A stretch of 63,690 bases of DNA, counting the filler, from Choristocarpus tenellus KU-1152 (taxonomy: Eukaryota; Protista; Phaeophyceae): NCBI GenBank assembly GCA_964200185.2. It is 9 parts of 9 records of this genome, joined end to end, with 100 filler letters (N's around TTAATTAATTAA, not from the genome) between each part and the next. Parts side by side here need not be neighbours in the genome. Positions count along the whole stretch, not along the records: positions 17,530 to 38,340 come from CAXNAD020000375.1; positions 38,441 to 49,543 come from CAXNAD020002505.1; 7 more parts are not named here. The stretch is one strand, 5' to 3'. A model generated the notes under the pieces. The model searched no databases and was not told the DNA's origin. It saw only the letters and a program-made list of their open reading frames with translations. Positions 25,001 through 38,575 of this stretch are shown here, piece by piece; position 1 is the stretch's first letter; each line of letters opens with the position of its first letter. Both the position numbers and the translations under genes were made by a program.

Positions 25001-26428
25001 GCTGTTCAAATGTTCTTGTAAAATGAGAGGATAGCAAAATCTGCTAAGATCCTCAAGTGCTGACGCACTGTGGAGAAGACTATCACATGTTTCATGATAG
25101 CACCAGAATTGCTGACCAGTGTAATTTAACATACTTGTTGCTAGCAAGTGAAACTGCATAATAAATACTGCAATATTCTTCACTCAAAGCAACCAGCACT
25201 CAGTATATCATGCTTGCTTCTCTCTTTTTCTCACAGTCTATGGCACTAATCTCAACAATTGATGCTGATTGCTCAGAGCTGAAATAGTGCAATAGTGGTC
25301 TTTGGGAGTGTTTCGAGGTGGCTGTAGTAATTTCAGCATGTGGACTGCAGACTTTTGCACTAGGTGGTGTATGCAGTGCCTCCGACTGTAAGCAATGTAC
25401 TACTATTGATGATAAGCTCTCCATGGTGTTGTGCTGTACTCTCGCCATCAGGTTCAGCGCATCAAGAACTCATTCACAGTTAAAGTGTACGAGTCTCATG
25501 CACGAATAGCCCTTCAGCAGGTGAGATGATGTCACCACTAGAATGTGGTTTAATGCCACGCTCAAGGAGATCGTTTGAATTGGTTTAGACCTCCCTGTCA
25601 CTCCCATTGTCTGACCTCTACACTGCAGGATGATCTCAATGAGTACAACCAGTGCCAGACGCAGTTGAAGGAGCTCTATGTGAGCGGGCTACCTGGTGAT
25701 CAAGAGGAATTTACAGCATACAGAATTTTGTACTATGTCTACCTACAGACTACTCATACGTACACCGATGGGTCTAAAGGCCTTCTCATGATCATGCGTG
25801 AGCTGCCTTCTGGAAGTCACACTAATGTTGCCATTGGGCATGCTCTTCGAGTAAGGGAGGCCATGTCAATGATGGACTACCACAAGTTTTTCTCGCTGTG
25901 TAAGAGTGTCCCCAATCTCGGCATGCACATCGTCAAGAGGCTAGTGGACCCAATGCGGGTGATAGCTCTGCAACATATGATCAAAGCGTGAGTGTAGAGT
26001 GATACATATCGTATCGCATCGTATCATATCGTATCATATTGTATCGAATAATTTGTGCTTTGGAGACAAACTTGTGCTGAGAAAAAAAAATCATTTTATG
26101 CTTAATTTTTGTAAGAGTTACACCAATGTCAATAACTGCCTCCTGACTGAAGAGAATGTGCAGTGAAATCATCAGCATTTGTGTCAAATAGTCTTCACGT
26201 TAAATCATCTCCATGGTGGTTCTTGTACCTTTATTTTGTCCCAGGTATCGTCCATCAATTCCAGTAGGTTTTGTCCTTCAAGAACTTCTCTTCACTCCCG
26301 AGGAGGACGGACACAGCATTCTCAACAGTTATGGTGTGAAATTGACAGCAGCAGGTGATATTGATTGCAAGGCATCGGCAATCAACACCGCCGGATTGGC
26401 CACAGAGAAGCGCACCTCTCTACTCTAG
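22088..26428 (+). CDS. LENG8: LENG8/THP3-like SAC3/GANP-family protein with Tyr/Gln- and Pro-rich N-terminus. Exons 22088-22309, 22484-23331, 23436-23540, 23973-24234, 24665-24802, 25452-25520, 25629-25987, 26245-26428
   Basis: Motifs [109 protein letters not shown]; all GT-AG introns are frame-consistent. Confidence 0.88.
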
Positions 26429-26498
26429 ACTGCCTTTTTGTGGTGGCTGGTGAAAAGGAGACCAGGTATGTTTTGCAGGTGGTGGAAGATTTTTTTTT

Positions 26499-29400
26499 TT
26501 AGTCTGTATTGTGTTGACTCCGCTGCACAAGTAGATCTACTGGGGACAGCTTTGCTACCTTTATGGAGATCTTTGTGAAATCTCCCATGATGTGCTCATC
26601 ATTCTTGTTATCTTTTCTACCTCCACACAAGTCCCTATCGCCGCTTGATTTTCCTAATCGAGGACTCACAGTTGGTACTGTGCCTGGCAGTTGCTGTACC
26701 TGCTGAATGTATGCAGGACTAACCTGCATGTCAAGAGGGAGTGTGTGTGTGCGCGTGTTTAACTTGGCTTCTCTGATTGTCCAAATCTCAACAAGTATCG
26801 GTGACTAGTCGGATGTATGTATGGTACATGTTTAGAATCTGTGCTACAAGGGAGATGTGGTAATACTTCAGCAATTAGAGAGTCCTGAAGAGTGAGAATG
26901 TTGGAGTGGTGAGTGGTCTTACCTGCTTGTTGTTGCCTGATACCTCGTTTAGCCATGATGCTTTTGTTGATACTGGATTCTCGGTGATAGAACTTTTACA
27001 AAGGCTCCACTGTTTGAGGTCTTGCACAGATGGTTCGGAAATTACGCTCCCAAAGCCTCCCATGACTCCTCCATCAGCTAATTGCAGCACTGCGACCAGC
27101 ACCTTCACGGTCCTTCCATCAGTCTTGACCATGTGTTGGGGCAGCTGATTCAAAGCTGCACTGCATAGTTGTTTTACGTCTTCCCCCCCAGTCTCCACCA
27201 ATCCAACAATTATTGCCACCATGTTTCCTTGATGGATATGGATGGCGAGTACGAACGGGACAGTTTGCTAGTGTGGTAAGATCTTTGCTTGTCCTTGTCC
27301 ACAGTAGTTGTGTCATAGGCCGAGTCCAAAGTTTTGCAAACCATGTTTTTCACTCTTATAATTGATTTTTCGAGGAACAAACAAACTTGTGAAGGGTCTA
27401 ATTGCACTGCAGAGTCAGTCCCATCTCGACATGCTTACTTCTTCCCCAGTGCCAGATACATTTACCTATTCTCAGCATTTTTGTTCCAAGCAAAATTTCC
27501 TTGCCATGTGAGAGGCAAAAGTTTGTTTCTGAACCTGGTCACAGCCTTCCCGCAGTGGTTGTGAAATTCAAAATCCTTGGAGTGCATTACTGATATTTAC
27601 TTTTGTATGTTATTGAGTAACAGCCCAAGGTTGTTGTCAAGCGCGACAGCAGGCTCTCTGATTAGTCTTAGAACCTTACCTTGTGTCACCATGTTTATGC
27701 TGTTCCTGCAAGATGTAATTCTGAGGAACACGTTGGATACATTGACTTGTATCTCGTTGTTGTTAGTAGATGCCAGGCGTTCTAGCACCTTGGAGAAGCG
27801 CTCCCCATCTGCAGATATCTTGGTGAGTGCATCATTGTTCAAAGCAACATTTCGACAGACAACGCTGCAACGCAGCAGTACTGACTCTGTAAGATTCAAC
27901 AGGTCTTCAAGTGTGAGCCAGAAAAGAGCTGCTACCAATTCTTCGTCTACCATGTCAAGAGCTAGCTCCTTGCTGCCAGAGAGGCGGCACAATGCAGTGG
28001 CCACGTCCTGCTTGATTTGTGCATTCTCTGCCTTTGCCAAACGCGCCAGTGCTCCCATTCCTCCCTCGCTTATTATTTGTTTGTGACCAAGTGTGTGACT
28101 CGCCATGTCTCGAAATGCCTTGCTGACCAGTATCTTATCTTTTTCGTGCACAAGTAGGCCCTGGATGCAGGAGGGACAGAAGAACAGGTTCAGTTAATGA
28201 TCCTGTGAAGAGGTAGTGTGCTAGAGGTTGGTAAGATATGTAAGTAATCCTAGGATACGTGTTTGAGGTACATTTGTTGTTGAAGAGTGTACAAACCTTA
28301 TCAGTAGGAGGGGTTGGCATCAGAAACAAGCACTTGCCTTAAGCGCAACACATAGAGCGGATGAAACTGAGGTCTCAACAGCAGCTTGCTGTGCAGGTGC
28401 ATAGTGAGTAATAAGATTCACCACCACAGTGAGAGCATCCAGTCGGGTGATACTTGACAGGTGGGCGGCCCTGATTGTGTTGCCCAGCATTATGAAGATT
28501 GCCTGTGTTGATATGTGCCTGTGTGCTTCAAGGCAACAAGACAGATTGCACAAAGTGGCTATGCACAAGTTTTTAGCTACTGCTGAGCACATGGCATGTA
28601 GTGGTACAAGCACACCAATCACTTCTTGTTCTGCCAACTCCAATTGGCAGGTTTCAACCTTGCTTATGTTGAAAAGTATTGTAGCACACTGTTCAAGGGT
28701 ATCCTTGTCCTTAACAACCATAACTGCACGAATCGCATTAGTGATGTTCACTTTGCTAAGGGCACACACTGAGGCTATGCTTGCAGAGGATATCATTGCC
28801 AGTGCAGCACCGCACATTTTTTTTGCTTCAAGACCTCCGTTGGGGAACAAGGCCTGGTCAACAAGCATGCTCTCTGCCCCCATTTCGAGAAGTTTTGACT
28901 CATAAACTGAAATTTCACAGCTGAGATTATGGATTGCTCTCAAGCATATTGTATTCAGGTCAGGGCTTTGTAGCCTTGTCAGACGAATCAAAGCGAACAC
29001 AGTGTCTTGGTCAGCGATGAATTTCCGTGTGTCGTCTCTCGCAAGCAGGTTGAAAAGGGCCCTGGCCAAAATCTCTTTTGTTGACACCTCATTAACTCGG
29101 AGCACTGTAACAGCTATTAGATCCTGAACCACCCCAGTGGTGACAAGATTGATGATAGCTTCCTTCGGTAAGAACACGCTGAGAACGTTGCACAGTGCAA
29201 TTGAACAGAGGAATTGCACTTGAGCAGCCTCGTTGACCCCTGAACGCATCATGGCAATAAGTGCTGGCATTACACTCTTGTTTCCACCAAGAAAAGTCCT
29301 TCCACGGGGGTAGGTAGAGAGATTGGCGAAGGTCTTTGCACAGCAGAGGACGAGGGTAAAGTCTGTGGCGTTGGACATGATTATCAAGGAGGTGAGGAAG

Positions 29401-32400
29401 TTGTTGTCCATGATCACCCTGAAGAGTGTCATGTTGCAGAATGCTGCTGCACACAGTTGTTTGGTCTGTGGAGATCGATGAAGGAATAAAATATGTGAGT
29501 GAGTAGGCAATATATATGATGAGACTTTTGAAGGAACATGTGATAAGAGGGATTATCGGTGTGGATTTATACAGTGTGTGTGGACACAGTGAAGGTGACT
29601 CTAAAGGTAGGTACGTAGTTCACCTTGTTGAAGTGTGCATATGACAAATGTGTCAGGAGGAACACTCCCCCAAGTTCTATAACTTGAGTGATGGTGGGCT
29701 CATGATGAGAAAAGTTGTAGAGCACAGATGCGCACTGTCCGCTGAGGGCACCCCCGTCCACATCCTTAGCAGCCTCTAGTGCCTCCATTACCCCACCATT
29801 CAGCATCTGGCGCTGGAATAAGGTATTTGTAGAGAGATTCTGGAGTGTGCCCAAGCATGCGGCTTGGACAATTGGCTGATACTTCTTCACCAACTCCACC
29901 AGTAGTGGTATCACACTGTAGTCGTCTATCAGCCTGAGCAAGCACAGTTGGAGATAATTCAGCGTGTGACCATGATAACGAGGTTTAAAATTTAAAGCAC
30001 TACGTAGGAGTTCAAACTATGGTGTTATCTGAGTGAGAGTCCAAACCTCAAATCTAATATTGATATGTCAAAAGTGGGTGAAATGAGCCCTCAAAGTTGG
30101 AGACTAATTCATACTGACTTTGCATTGGATTCATTGTCAGGCTTTGACTGTCTTCATACTCTAGGTACTAGAATAGACAGCTTACAACATTTCTTTAGCA
30201 CTCTGAGGAGGTGATATGCATCACCCACAAAACATGTTTTAAGAGCACAGACACAAAATGTTGGCATGAAAACTCCTCCGCCTGCTGATGACTGGGGGGA
30301 GGCGGCAGTGTACAGTTACAGTCAACTGTTGTTTGGGAGGTGACATGATGGTTAATGATAGCAGGGATGGGTTGGGGAGGTGGAGGCTCACATCAAAATC
30401 ACATAAGAACTCTAAACTTTATAGAGAAAAAAAAAAATCTGACCATTTCTTTTTTGGTATGAAGTCTGTGATCTCCAAGCATTTGTGACAACTCACAGCT
30501 TGCAATGCTTGCCAACAACGCACTGCAGTTGCAAAACTAGTGCCTTTATCTCAAGCATGCCTATTCAATAAACACGATGTTCCGCCACAGTTCTGGATGT
30601 TCAAAAAGGAAAATTTCAGTCTCCTATTACATCCCCAAAGAGTGATGGAAAACACTAGATATGAACTTCAAAATGTACCGGCCAGCAATGGAGGGGTTGC
30701 ACGATATGTTGTATAAGATGAGGCTGATGTTCGTGGCATGACTCTGCCGGTTGCTCATCTCTCTTACAGCGGTCACCACCCCGGCGAGCACCACCTTGGA
30801 CTGCGTAGCTTCATTAGATACTAAACCGCATAGTAGGCAGAGTACATGGTGCTGCGCATCAATATGATCCACTCCTAATGCATTGATGAGCATGGTCAGT
30901 GCACCCTCAGATTCGAGTACACGTGCATGGTTTTCAGGATCTGCTGCCAGGCTACTCAGTCCTGCAGCAGAGATTGCAACTGCCATACACATTCAGTAGA
31001 AGTGGACTGGTGAGATAGATCGACCTAAGTTGGCAACATGGTGTATTGGGTGGTAAAACTTCAGATATTCAAGGATTAAAGCCTGTCATTTTCACTGCCT
31101 TTCAATAATTTCTTACCTGAATGCGGCTCAGCAGCGCTGAGGTTGCAGGAAAACGTATGCAAGATGCCCCCATCTAATAGGCAGCTTGTAAGATCACTAT
31201 ATTTGGACATTTCAGCCAAAACCATGATGCAGCTATGCCTGACTGAGCTCCCGCACATGTCCATCAACCTCTGGCATTCCGCCACGACATTCCTTTGGGC
31301 TAGATGTGTTCGACAAGACTTGAATGTCAACATGTTGAACATAGTGGCTGCACACAGTGCAACAGTTTCATTGCTGTTTGGTCCAAGCTTGGTGAGAATG
31401 CTCATTGCAATGTCAGCCACCTGATAGTCCAGGTATGCTCGCACATTTTCCAACACTGTGAGGTTATTTGTCATCAATGCACAAAAGTGCAAGACACCAA
31501 CATCAGTTGCCTCCTCTAATATATTGTTGATTGTGCGAAGAACTAAGCGCTGCATGGAGTCTGCTTGGGCAGCTGTTAACGTAACAGCCACATTTACAAG
31601 ACTGCTGATAGCTAATCGGGCAGTGTGTAAGTTCGCGTTGCGGGAAAGGAGGTTCAGAGCAGGTACTGCTCCATCTTGTACCTGTGATTTGCACATTCAT
31701 CAAGGCAAAGTGTGCACTATTACAGTTATATATATCTCACACACAGTATCAGTACATTGTACAAGGTCACTGTGTGAAGTATAGTTAGGCAGGGCAACAG
31801 CATGCAGAAATTACTTACCAACCACTCCTCAAGGCCATGCTGGGAGGAGAATGCAAGTAGAACCAATGCAGTGAGGTGCAGGACTTGGCCATCAGGGTGA
31901 CACACAAGAGCTTTGATAACAGGTACTGCACCTGCCTCAACAATCTTGGGTATCTTGTACCCTTCGCTGAGAATATTGACCAAAGACTTCAGACAGTTGT
32001 CGAGCACTTCTATGTCCTGGTCGACATGCATCAAATCCAGCAGTGCAGGCAACAGTCCGAATTCTTCCAGGAAGGCCTTGCTCATCTTTGTGACACATCA
32101 AGACAGCAGCATTCTCCACACCGTCAGAGGTGAAAAACAGTGCCAGTCTTACAGGGTATACTTGTGTGGATAGCTGTACATACTATGTCGAAGAATGTAG
32201 CACACCTGGTTCCGAAGGGTCATGTTGAGAAGCGCCGAGGAGCAATTTCTTTGAGCATGAATCTTTCCTGAGTTGGGCTCAGCAGTGGCTTCATGCATGT
32301 TTTTATTACCGATTTCGAAAGGCTGGGACACATCATTGTTGGATCCAACCTGTTCGTTGCAATTTCCTTTCTCCAGCGGGTCACCTTGGAGAGGGCTGGC

Positions 32401-32940
32401 GGTTGCTTTTCCCTGACCCCACCGGGACTTGTAGATTATTCCTGTCTCAATGGGCTCTTCTATCGTCTGAGGGACTAATCTTTCTTGTTCCTCACGTTGT
32501 TGTTCTATGCGGTTATCTTCCCTTATTCTTTTGATATGTGCATCTGCTCGCTTCAAGGAGCTTTTTGCTGGGTCCCAAGTTTCACCATAAGAATTTTGAC
32601 CATGCCTTCGTCTATCAGCAACCCTTTTTTTTGCCTTTTTGCTCTCAACGTTATCCTGCTTTGTTTTCATGTCCTTAACATGCTTATTGAGTGCACCCAC
32701 GACATCATCTTTCGCATAGTGATTTCTCCAAAAATGCCTCCTATGGTGGAGGTTCCACCTCCGCACCAGGGCTCGTAACTCTTCCATTCGAATTGGAGCA
32801 TTGTCAGGGTTTCTTCTAGGTGGGAAAAGCTCATATCGCTTTAGGTATGGCCTTAGCTTCTCTACACGACCTTCTTTGGGGATAGTGCAGAACCGTTCCT
32901 GTGCCAACTCAGCACAACGTGGTTGCGCACCGATCACCAT
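26499..32940 (-). CDS. Large armadillo-repeat protein, about nine exons (approx. 32940-32206, 32085-31819, 31681-31117, 30979-30679, ~29935-29624, ~29477-28338, 28160-27680, 27227-26923, 26723-26499)
   Basis: Many ARM-like helices (IVEAGAVPVIKALV, QDGAVPALNLLS, IISEGGMGALARLA..KQDVATALCRLS, AACLGTLQNLS); basic helical N-terminal domain; exact family not recognised. Confidence 0.8.
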
Positions 32941-33272
32941 TTTACTTCATATGTGACAAAAAATCTTTCATAAAACAAAGGCTTGGCGCTTTCGAGGCCA
33001 CAAATTGCGCTGATATAGAAGAAAAGACTGAGATTCTAGAGTGGTATTCTATTCCACATTGTCCCCTTTGCAGAGATGTTCAATCTTGATGTTGGGGATT
33101 TGCTTCGTTGACCTACTGTGTTCTGTAACTGCTACAACACTGCAAAAAGGGTTCAAATGAATGAAAATACTTACATCTCACTGAAATATTTCTAAGGCGT
33201 TTGCATTTTCAAATTAGCATCTCCTACACTCCTCTCTACTCTGCCTTACCCAACATCAACAAAAGGAGACAG
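32941..33272. promoter_or_regulatory. Putative bidirectional promoter / 5' UTR region between the ARM gene and RAD51
   Basis: Only 332 nt separate the two divergent predicted start codons. Confidence 0.5.
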
Positions 33273-35714
33273 ATGTCTGTGCAACAGGAAGCCCAGAACT
33301 CAACGCAGAACCAAACTGATGAGGTTGTTGAAGAGGTAGGATATAGATAAAAGGTAACTATAAATCGCTATTGAGGTCGAGAAACAACATCTGCTGACAT
33401 CATCACTTTCCACTTTGCCAAATCCTGTGTTCAGGTGGTTGCCGCCTTTCACCACATCACTGAGCTCGAAGCTCATGGGATCAACCGTACTGATGTCCAG
33501 CGCTTATCTGAGGCCGGGTTCTGCACGGTTGAGTCTGTAAGTGGCCTTCTTACTTGAAGATCATCGAGGCGCATGCCCTCATTGGCTAAAATGTAAAACC
33601 TTCCTTTTCCCCTTGATCTGTCTTTCCTTGCCAGATTGCTCATTCTACTCTTCGCAGGCTCGTGGAGGTAAAAGGTATCAGCGATCAGAAGGCTGCGAAA
33701 CTGAAAGATATCGTATACAAGCTGGCACCTATCGGGTTTACTACCGCATCGCAGCACTTGCTGCAGCGCCAAGACCTGATCACGCTCACAACTGGATCCA
33801 AGGAGCTAGATAAGCTGCTTGAAGGTGGAATTGAAACTGGATCTCTAACAGAGGTTTTTGGCGAGTTTAGGACCGGGAAGACACAGCTATGCCATACACT
33901 GTGTGTGGCATGCCAATTGCCTCTTGATTCAGGCGGGGGAGAGGGCAAGGCAATGTACATCGACACTGAGGGGACGTTCCGACCACAGAGACTCACTGCA
34001 ATCGCTGAAAGATTCGGGCTCAATGGTATGTGTCTGCTGAGACGTTGTCCTGTGTTTTCTTGTGTATTGGACCGTTTCAATGACACCACAATGCAGATCC
34101 TCGCTTGGACGTGAGAGACCATCACAACAACATGGTCTGCATTGACCAGCTATAGCACTTTTGCAATGCTTTTGATTTGACCATAATCTTGTTGCTCAGG
34201 GGATGATGTGCTGGAAAATGTGGCCTATGCCAGAGCACACAATTCAGAGCAGCAGATGGATCTACTCAAGATGGCGTCAGCAATGATGGCAGAAGACAGG
34301 TCAGACATTTGCTGTTGAGAAGTCGTCACTTAACAAGATCATCTCACAGGAAATTTGCTCCACTCCACCTTTTTGCAGAACCAGATATAGTGACCCTGCC
34401 TTCACTTGTTGCCTTTCCGTAAATTTAACTATATTGCGAACAGGTATGCTCTCCTTGTTATTGACAGTGCGACTGCCTTATTCCGCACAGATTACTGTGG
34501 CAGGGGAGAGTTGTCTGAGAGGCAGATGCAGCTGGCCCAGTGAGTACTAGTTGCTGCAGTAATTTCTATCAGGAAACGCGATCAATGTACCCTCTCCCCT
34601 CTCAACATAACTTCCTAGCGTGAAAGCTTTGGTAATGAAATCATCTATCAACTGTGTTCAAATGACGTAAAACTTTTAGATTGGCAACCCCACCAGTTTG
34701 TTGGAGTTGCAATGGGAGGTATAATTGCCTGCAGTTTGAGGAAGGGTTGAAAGGTTGGCAAAACAGAGTTGTGCCCTAGGGTACCCATGCCTTCCCACAT
34801 AAGATATCCTATTCTTGAAGTATCTGATTTATTTCTGTAACCTGTTCACTCCATTCTCCTTTCTAAAACACGACATTATTATTTTCAGGTTTCTTCGGCA
34901 GCTTACACGCATGGCTGAAGAGTTTGGGGTTGCAGTGGTACTTACTAATCAAGTTGTTGCCAACCCAGATGGTATGAGCTTTGCTAAGGACAGCACAAAA
35001 CCTATTGGTGGGAATATCATTGCCCATGCTTCAACCACAAGGTAGAGTAACTTTTTGCTGTTGCCATACCCTTCTCACTCAAATGAAGTGTTCAAGGCAC
35101 TTGTGAATCACCGATTCATTTACTGTTTCAGCTCACAATTGTTAGGGATTAGTAACACATACCTCCCCCCAATACAGATATGGTGTATTATTTGTAACCT
35201 CCTAACACACCTGTCATTAGTAAGGTATGGTGTGTGCATGCTACACAGTGTACAACAATGATCCATTCTCACTATTTCATGTTGATCAGGATTAGAGCAA
35301 CCCAATGCTGACAAAGTCTTTTGTTGCATACCAGAATTGCAACTCTGTAGATCCCTTTCTCCTGTACATGTGCTTCATATTCAAAGGGAGTTATTTGCCG
35401 TTTCCGCTCAGTTGTTAATTGGGGTCTTCAAAGTGGGGTATTCGTGTTGAGTTTTTTGGGAGTTTTAAACCATTCATGAACCTACCTATCCCTTGGATGC
35501 TGTTTTATTGTACCATGATTCAAACAAGTGCACCTCACATCCCATGCATTGCCCCTCCTGTGCAACTTGTCTCCACTTTTTTTTCTACAGATTAAGGCTT
35601 CGAAAAGCCCGAGGAGACAATCGAATCTGCCAAATTTTTGATTCTCCAACCTTGCCGGAGAGCGAGTGCCAATTCTCTATTGGGCCTGTTGGTGTTGAGG
35701 ACCCGAAGGATTAG
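33273..35714 (+). CDS. RAD51: DNA recombinase RAD51. Exons 33273-33335, 33435-33536, 33635-34025, 34200-34299, 34444-34539, 34889-35041, 35591-35714
   Basis: [26 protein letters not shown] (Walker A), [38 protein letters not shown] (Walker B), [16 protein letters not shown] (RAD51-type rather than the DMC1 GGH form). Confidence 0.95.
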
Positions 35715-35870
35715 ATCTTTCCCCAACCACTGTCATTGCATTACCTTGTAACTGATTGCCAGTTTTAAGGCCCAAACCAAAAGAAGCACACCTTGTTCTT
35801 CATCCAACACAAACAACAGATAAACAGATGGTGTTAATGTACATAAAAAGGCTATAGGTTACAATACTTG

Positions 35871-37079
35871 CTACTTTTTGTGTGTTGCTGCCGATAGTTT
35901 GTTATGAAGAGCCTCATATATTCGTGCCACTTTCTTATCCCCCAGTCCTGGGCATGCTGCCAAGTCTTCTATTGAGGCGTCACATATTGACTTCAATGAA
36001 CCAAAATTAGATGCCAACGTGAGCACATCTGACTTGTTTAAGGATCGCACAGTCCCAAGGCAGTCCTGTAGCAGTGCCAGGTAGTCAGCATCAACCTAAA
36101 AGGCAATCAATTGTGAAGGAGGTGGTTGTGAGTAGCATGGCAAAAAAGATTCCAATGCCTCCTTCCCTGGCACAATCACGTCACCTTTTCCTGAATGCTG
36201 GTGGCAGGCTTGTGCTCATAGGCCTTGTAAGTCTCGAGATACCTTGCAGCTTCCTGTTCACAAGAACGTAACAAACATTATGTCAATGATGACATGCCTT
36301 CATGATAGACTTCTTGGCAATCTGCCTCACACAAAAATTTGGACTTGTGAATGCGATAAAACAATTCTCGCCTGGGGAGTCCATGCTAATACAAGAGTGA
36401 AATCGTTGAGAATAGACATCTTGTTCATCTCCAGTAGAGGTTGGACATTATCCTCAACGTCCACTAAGCACAGCAAGACACGTAGGGTGAAGTGCTTTGC
36501 TAGGGCCTGAAAGAGAAGAGAATTGGAGGGGAGTGTCACAAACCGTTTAATGTGAAAGGTAGGCGGCAAGAGTTCGAACGAAGAAGATGGCAGCACCTTG
36601 ATTCTTTGGATGAGGTAGTCGGGTCGAAGAAGGTGAAACGTCAAGCTGATAAAAAGAGCGCACGCTGAGGGGCTCATGACGAAGTCGGCCAGGAGTCCTG
36701 GTGTTACCTCTTTTGGTACATTCCGTACGAACTTGAGAATGGGGTTGCCACGCTGTCGTGGATTGACCTATCATACAGCAAAGGGAAGGACAGACAAAAA
36801 ATACTCAGCTTCTGTACCATTGAACGCGAGGTTGTTCAGTTTTTCATTCCTTTATACCTGTAGTGCCCGTGAAGGACCATGGTGATGTCCTTCTAGTCCT
36901 GCCTGGGTTGGTATTTCTACTTTGAGATCTCCCCCTCCCAACAACGGACGGTCTCCCATCTGTCTAATTCCCCGTCCACCTCGATCTTTTGATGGTTCAT
37001 CCAAATAGGGATTACGAACACGTTTGACTCCCGAAATAATCTTGCCCGCCATCGATGAAGAGGAAGGGGTGGGTTCCAT
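35871..37079 (-). CDS. ERCC1: DNA excision repair protein ERCC1 (Rad10). Exons 37079-36858, 36767-36597, 36506-36372, 36253-36185, 36095-35871
   Basis: VNPRQRGNPILKFVRNVP, ADFVM...[57 protein letters not shown], and HhH2 TVRSLNKSDVLTL...ACPGLGDKKVARIYEALH; intron 3 is GC-AG. Confidence 0.93.
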
Positions 37080-37619
37080 CGGACACCGATCTCAACAGAG
37101 AAAACAACCTCTCCTCCCTACTCCACTTGACAAGATGCGTATCACCGAAACGAATTTTCAACGCCTGCAGAGCAAGGTTGTACAAATATATGGACTTCAG
37201 ACTGCGTGGCCCTAGTTTCAAGTTGATCGATGAAACTTCACGATCGTTGTCGAGGTAATAGATGCACAGAACCCACTTCACCAAACTCATGTTGGAGAGT
37301 GGAAACAATGATAAGCACCGGACATGAGAGTGGTGGAGAAGCAACAAAGGATAGGCAGGGATTGTCATTTACAAGGAATTGGTCCGAACCCTTGGTTCAT
37401 GGTCGTGTAATCGGGAAAAAAATGGCACATCCTTCGAGCGAGACTTACCAGGTCTCAGTCCTTGTCTCTAACGTTGCAGTGATGTAAGGTGGAGAGGATA
37501 TGAAGAATCAACTGTATGTATAATTGAAATGTTGAGAAGTGGACAAGTACAAAGAACAGGTATACCTGCCATTTGTTATCAAGTACACTACAATAACCAA
37601 ATACATTATAGTTGTGATA

Positions 37620-37800
37620 ACAGCGGATCATGTTGATGGCGGATGGATCATTTCATGGAGGATGGGTTTGAGCGAAATGGTGCGCGGAAAGTGCCCATAT
37701 GTTTTTTTTTGTAAATGTCATAAAACTTTTTTATGACCTCTTTTTGAATGGGAATCCATGTTGAAGGTGGTAGTAGGACATATTTAATTGATGATAAATA
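37620..37800. repeat. Dispersed repeat shared with ~59170-59325
   Basis: Shared AAATGGTGCGCGG.AAGTG.CCATATGTTTTTTTTGTAAATGT...TTTTGAATGGGAATC...GAAGGTGGT.GTAGGACATA. Confidence 0.7.
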
Positions 37801-38549
37801 CAGTACCTACACCGATTTTGTGCCAAATCTGAAAATATTAAATTTTGTGCCGCTTTTTTCGACATGCTAAAAAAAATAGCACTTCGATGTAGTTTCTTTC
37901 GGGGTGGCGTTTCATCGTCATTATGGATGGTCGACCGAGTGAGAAGAGGTGTTATTTTACCATATTATTAAATTGTATATCAATTATTGCTATCGTCCCC
38001 AAGTAGAAGAAGCTAACGCTGAGCGCTTATAAGTGTTGACATTATGTGATGATCGACCTCTTTCTACGAATATCTCAGTCATACCCGAATTATCGTTTGT
38101 TGCGATCTGCCCCCCCTCCTCCCATCCCCTGTCAGATACGCCGATGTGCATTTATCTATTTTTTCGGGAAACTTGTTTGACTTGTCACATATCGCAAGAG
38201 AACAACAGGGAGAAGAGGGAGAATAAGGCGGGAGAATAAGGCGACAACAGCCCAGAGCAAAAATATGGTTTAAAAAAAAATCTTCTATCACATGAAATAA
38301 GAAAAACACCAGTTTATCAATTCCTGCTCATTTGTTGTATNNNNNNNNNNNNNNNNNNNNNNNNNNNNNNNNNNNNNNNNNNNNTTAATTAATTAANNNN
38401 NNNNNNNNNNNNNNNNNNNNNNNNNNNNNNNNNNNNNNNNAAAGAGGAGTTGTTCGCCCCAAACCGCCCCCCCCCCACACACCCCCCCCCCCCCCCCAGA
38501 TCTGAAATGTGGACTCAAAAACCACTCCAGCTGCATCTCCAAAAAGATC

Positions 38550-38575
38550 AACTCTAACCCTAACCCTAACCTTAA
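38550..38575. repeat. Short interstitial telomere-like (CCCTAA)n tract; similar tracts at ~13475-13520 and ~56692-56718
   Basis: CTCTAACCCTAACCCTAACCTTAA and TAAGGGTTAGGGTTAGGGTTAGGGTT. Confidence 0.6.

Noticed and set aside
33273-35714. DMC1 rather than RAD51
   Set aside because: [13 protein letters not shown] and [10 protein letters not shown] are RAD51-type signatures
38550-38575. True chromosome end
   Set aside because: Only 3-4 imperfect units, located internally; similar short tracts are scattered through the window
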